The notes below the pieces were generated by a model that did not search any database, had not been told where the DNA came from, and saw nothing but the letters and a program-made list of their open reading frames with translations. A stretch of DNA of 64,000 nucleotides. Source: Tubiluchus corallicola. Taxonomy: Eukaryota > Animalia > Priapulida. The DNA lies in contig JAQGDQ010000172.1 in NCBI GenBank assembly GCA_030141605.1, forward strand, positions 248,001 to 312,000, given 5' to 3'. A program made the position numbers and the translations under genes. Each line of letters starts with the position of its first letter. Positions within the stretch are counted from its first letter, which is position 1. Below, in pieces: positions 60,607 to 64,000 of the stretch.

Positions 60607-63600
60607 TTAATCTTGAGTTAAAGATGTACTGACAGGACTTGGTGGTGGCGGGAGAGGATTGAAAAAGCTTCTCTCGGTACAAGGCGAAGGTGGAGCACCA
60701 CCTATATCTTCATCACTAAAATAGTTCCTTGGCGTCGGCGGAGGTGGATATAGTGGCTCCGAATCATAGTTATCAAGGTTATAATATTTTTTACAAGAAT
60801 ATGGTTCACTATCATCACAAATGTCTGTGCTACACGGAGTAGGAGGTGGCACTACGTTGCGCGATTTATAATGTCTATACGAACGATTTGTGCTTGGTGT
60901 AGAAAGATTCGGTGTGTAGTAATACTGTGCTGAGTGCACAGTCGCTGGTGAAGGTGGCGGATTTAAAGTTTCACGCGGATATTGAGTCATTGACGATGAT
61001 GATGAAGATGCACCTGTGACATGGTTACGGTCGTACATCATCGTTGACCCACTAGGACCACTTGACACAGACATGGGAGGGTGGGAGCGAGAGTACGTAC
61101 TCCTTTGCAAAGAACCTACAAGAAAATACATAAATTTCAATGAACTTTCACAATTTTCAACTTCACTGTGCATGCATTTTAGCCTACATGTCTACAGTAA
61201 GATATTTTTTATTAGCACATAAAATCACGTACACGAAATCTTGATTTTCAAAATGATTAAAGACAACAAAACAAAGAGAAGGACGAAGATACGGTATTTA
61301 GCTTATAAAAAACAAAAATTGTTACATACCATTACTGTGTGTGTGATTACTAACCCCACTCACACCATTTGACGAAAGTTTGGGTGGCATGGCGATCATA
61401 TGTTGATCATAGTTTTCCGTCTTGCACTTACGCCTGCACACAACAGCAACCGTGGCAAGAATGACGACGACGACAATCGAGACAATGATAGCTAACGCAT
61501 GTTGCATGGACAATGATGCACCACTGCCCATCTGTTCAGGCGTCACCACATCACAATCATTTTCATCCTCTCCTGGAATTATGAAAAGCAAAAGACTAAA
61601 TGCATTACTGAACTTTTTATGACAGGTAAAAAGATGAATTCCAAAACCAGGTGATCAAAAAATTTAGAACAATATTATCCATTTACAGATTGCTATTAAG
61701 AGAAAGAAGTTTTACCAAAAGAAACAAAAAGAGATGTGACACAGTCTTTAGGATAAAATAAATATTATAAAAAATCAGGTGTTCCATAAGAAAAATTGAT
61801 AGGCAAATGCACTTTGCAAGGTATGTAATTGTAAATTATAATATCACAAATACAGTACTTCGTAGCATCTTAATAGATTAAAAAGATTTGTGTCAACTTA
61901 GAGCTGTGACACAGTATTTAGGATATAATAAATATAAAAAACCAAGTGTTCCATAAGAAAAACTGATAGGCAAAATGCACTTTGCAAGGTACGTAACTGT
62001 AAATTATAATATCGCAAATACAGTACTTCGTAGCATCTTAATAGATTAAAGAAACTATGCGTCACCTTTATCACAATCACTAGTCCCATCGCAAAGCTTA
62101 GATGTCGGTATGCAACGATAATTTTGGCATTGAAAAAAGTCCTCCTCACAGCACTTGATTTCATCAGATCCATCAGGACAATCCTTGCTGCCATCACATC
62201 TCTGTAATTAATGTGAGGTTGAGTTAAAGATGCAAAGATTAGCATTATTTACAAACGATTCACCCACTTGTGGGTCCATAGCAAATCACTGCAGTCTAAT
62301 GGACAAGGCTAAACAAGACTAGTATGGTCATAAATGTACACAATTATTTTTCAAGGGTTAAAAACTATCATCAACAAAAAATATCACTAAAGTAAAGAGA
62401 GGCAATGATAAAATTTTAATTTTAAGCTGTAATTCAGACTTAAAATTAGACTGTATTCAGCACGAATGACATTTTTCTAAATGCAATATGCAGCAACTTG
62501 ATTGAAATCCTTAGCTAAATAAAATAAGATCTATGCTTTAGACTAAAATTACATGTACTTGTTAATTATGATTTGTCCTAAAAATTTTTTTGCATTTTAA
62601 TGGTCCATCACCATTTTCTAAGAAAATAGAATAATAATCACAGTTTATTGGCCATTTAAAATGCATTAACATCAAAATGAATAAATGTGTTTTACATACA
62701 TAAATCCTAACACAAACGGTGCATACACAATAGATTATAATAGATAAAGCTAAAGTCATAATGCGTGTATATAAAAATCGCTAGAATTCAGCCCAAAAAA
62801 CATATTAAATTTTTAATTAATTAAAAAGGCTTCTTTGTAAAAACAAGTTTTAAGAAATGACTTGCTTTTCAACATTAGTTATTTCACGTGCATAAAGTGG
62901 TAATTTTTGATGTTGCCATTAGTGTTGTTCTGGATACACTTTTGCCGGATAGCGAATACCGGATATCATCGAATATTTCCTCAAGTTGACTTCCGGATTC
63001 GGATTATGGCTGAATAGGTTAGCTAAATTTGGATCGAATACGCGGATCTGTTCGGATAATGAAAAATTAGTGAATGTTTGCAAACTTTAGCATTTTCATT
63101 TAGTCTATCATCTTAAAGGACCTAGCCCGAAGATACACCGTATTACCATACACTTGTAAACGAAAAAATGTCTGTAAAATTTTCGTTTTGAAAACACAAA
63201 CATGGGCTAAAATGATCTCTAAGTGTTGCTTCATTTATTTATTTTCAACTGTTAAATTATTCAAAAACTATTTTCAATAGTACATTACAAAAACCGGATA
63301 GCGAATATTTGCGATTATCAACTTTTTATAACTGACAAATAATATCGAATACGAATACCTGCAAAATCTTGCGAATATCACCATTTTTGGATACGAATCG
63401 GATATCCGGAGCGACACCTAATGCTATGTAAATATTACGAGATCAATGTGTGGACTACATTGTAACGTGGTGCAATAAGTGTCAATGAACTAATTCATCT
63501 AAAATTAAGCTTGGGCACATACGGCTTCAAAAATCACATATACGAGATGGCACTGCACCATTAAGAGCTTTGAATGAATTAAGCATTAGGAATATGTTGC

Positions 63601-63792
63601 ACGTATGGCAATCACCTTGACAACTAGCATCGCATGAAGCAAATTAAAAAGGCAGATATTTATGAAGCTTACCTGATTCTGTGGAATACATTTGCCACTC
63701 TCACACCTCCAGTATTTGTGAGAGCACTGATCAGGACAATCTTCTTCGTCGCTGCCATCATTGCATTCTGTGAGACCATCACACACCCAAGA
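60607..63792 (-). CDS. LRP5/6: LRP5/6 (arrow) Wnt co-receptor, 3' exons (partial; continues beyond the window)
   Basis: Exons 63673-63792, 62066-62201, 61330-61572 and 60607-61115 (phases consistent) encode LDL-A repeats (CDG..EC.DGSDE), a TM segment and five PPP(S/T)P-type motifs ([43 protein letters not shown]). Confidence 0.95.
61735..62060. repeat. ~170-bp tandem duplication in an LRP5/6 intron
   Basis: Two copies of TGTGACACAGT...GTGTTCCATAAGAAAAA...CAGTACTTCGTAGCATCTTAATAGATTAAA. Confidence 0.9.
62920..63420. mobile_element. Degenerate hAT-like MITE in an LRP5/6 intron
   Basis: Ends TAGTGTTGTTCTGGATA / ATATCCGGAGCGACACCTA; subterminal CGGATA/CGAATA repeats; TSD not clean. Confidence 0.6.
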
Positions 63793-64000
63793 CTAAGAAG
63801 CACATATGCTGAATTAATTACGTGAAAGCACAAAGTCTCTGTTTATGCAGTTAACATACACATATCTCAGTATTTTTAATACTAAATGCTGAAAACAAAG
63901 TTGCTGTGCCGTGGGCACACAAAACATCATCTCATGCAGTACCATTTTATTTCCAACAAAACTGGTATAATGCAAACAGAGACACATGAATTAGATAACT

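Overview
Animal (bilaterian invertebrate-like) genomic DNA: AT-rich, with spliceosomal introns, many microsatellites and many transposons. From left to right: piggyBac-like relics; a full-length, young Gmr1-type Ty3/gypsy LTR retrotransposon (2933-11420, minus strand, 1.16-kb LTRs, 5-bp TSD GTGCT, domain order Gag-PR-IN-RT-RH) inserted into a decayed Tc1/mariner element; a tandem pair of secreted agmatine deiminase/PPAD-family genes with intronless CDSs but 5'UTR introns (18219-19355, 25515-26636), probably bacterial genes domesticated after horizontal transfer; a 14-coding-exon SLC13 Na+/carboxylate-sulfate cotransporter (40307-50778) whose second SNT motif is garbled; a near-full-length RTE LINE with an 11-bp TSD; a two-exon coiled-coil gene of unknown identity; and the 3' end of LRP5/6 on the minus strand. 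The deiminase pair is the most notable system. All alignments and exon models were read by eye; no database searches were run.
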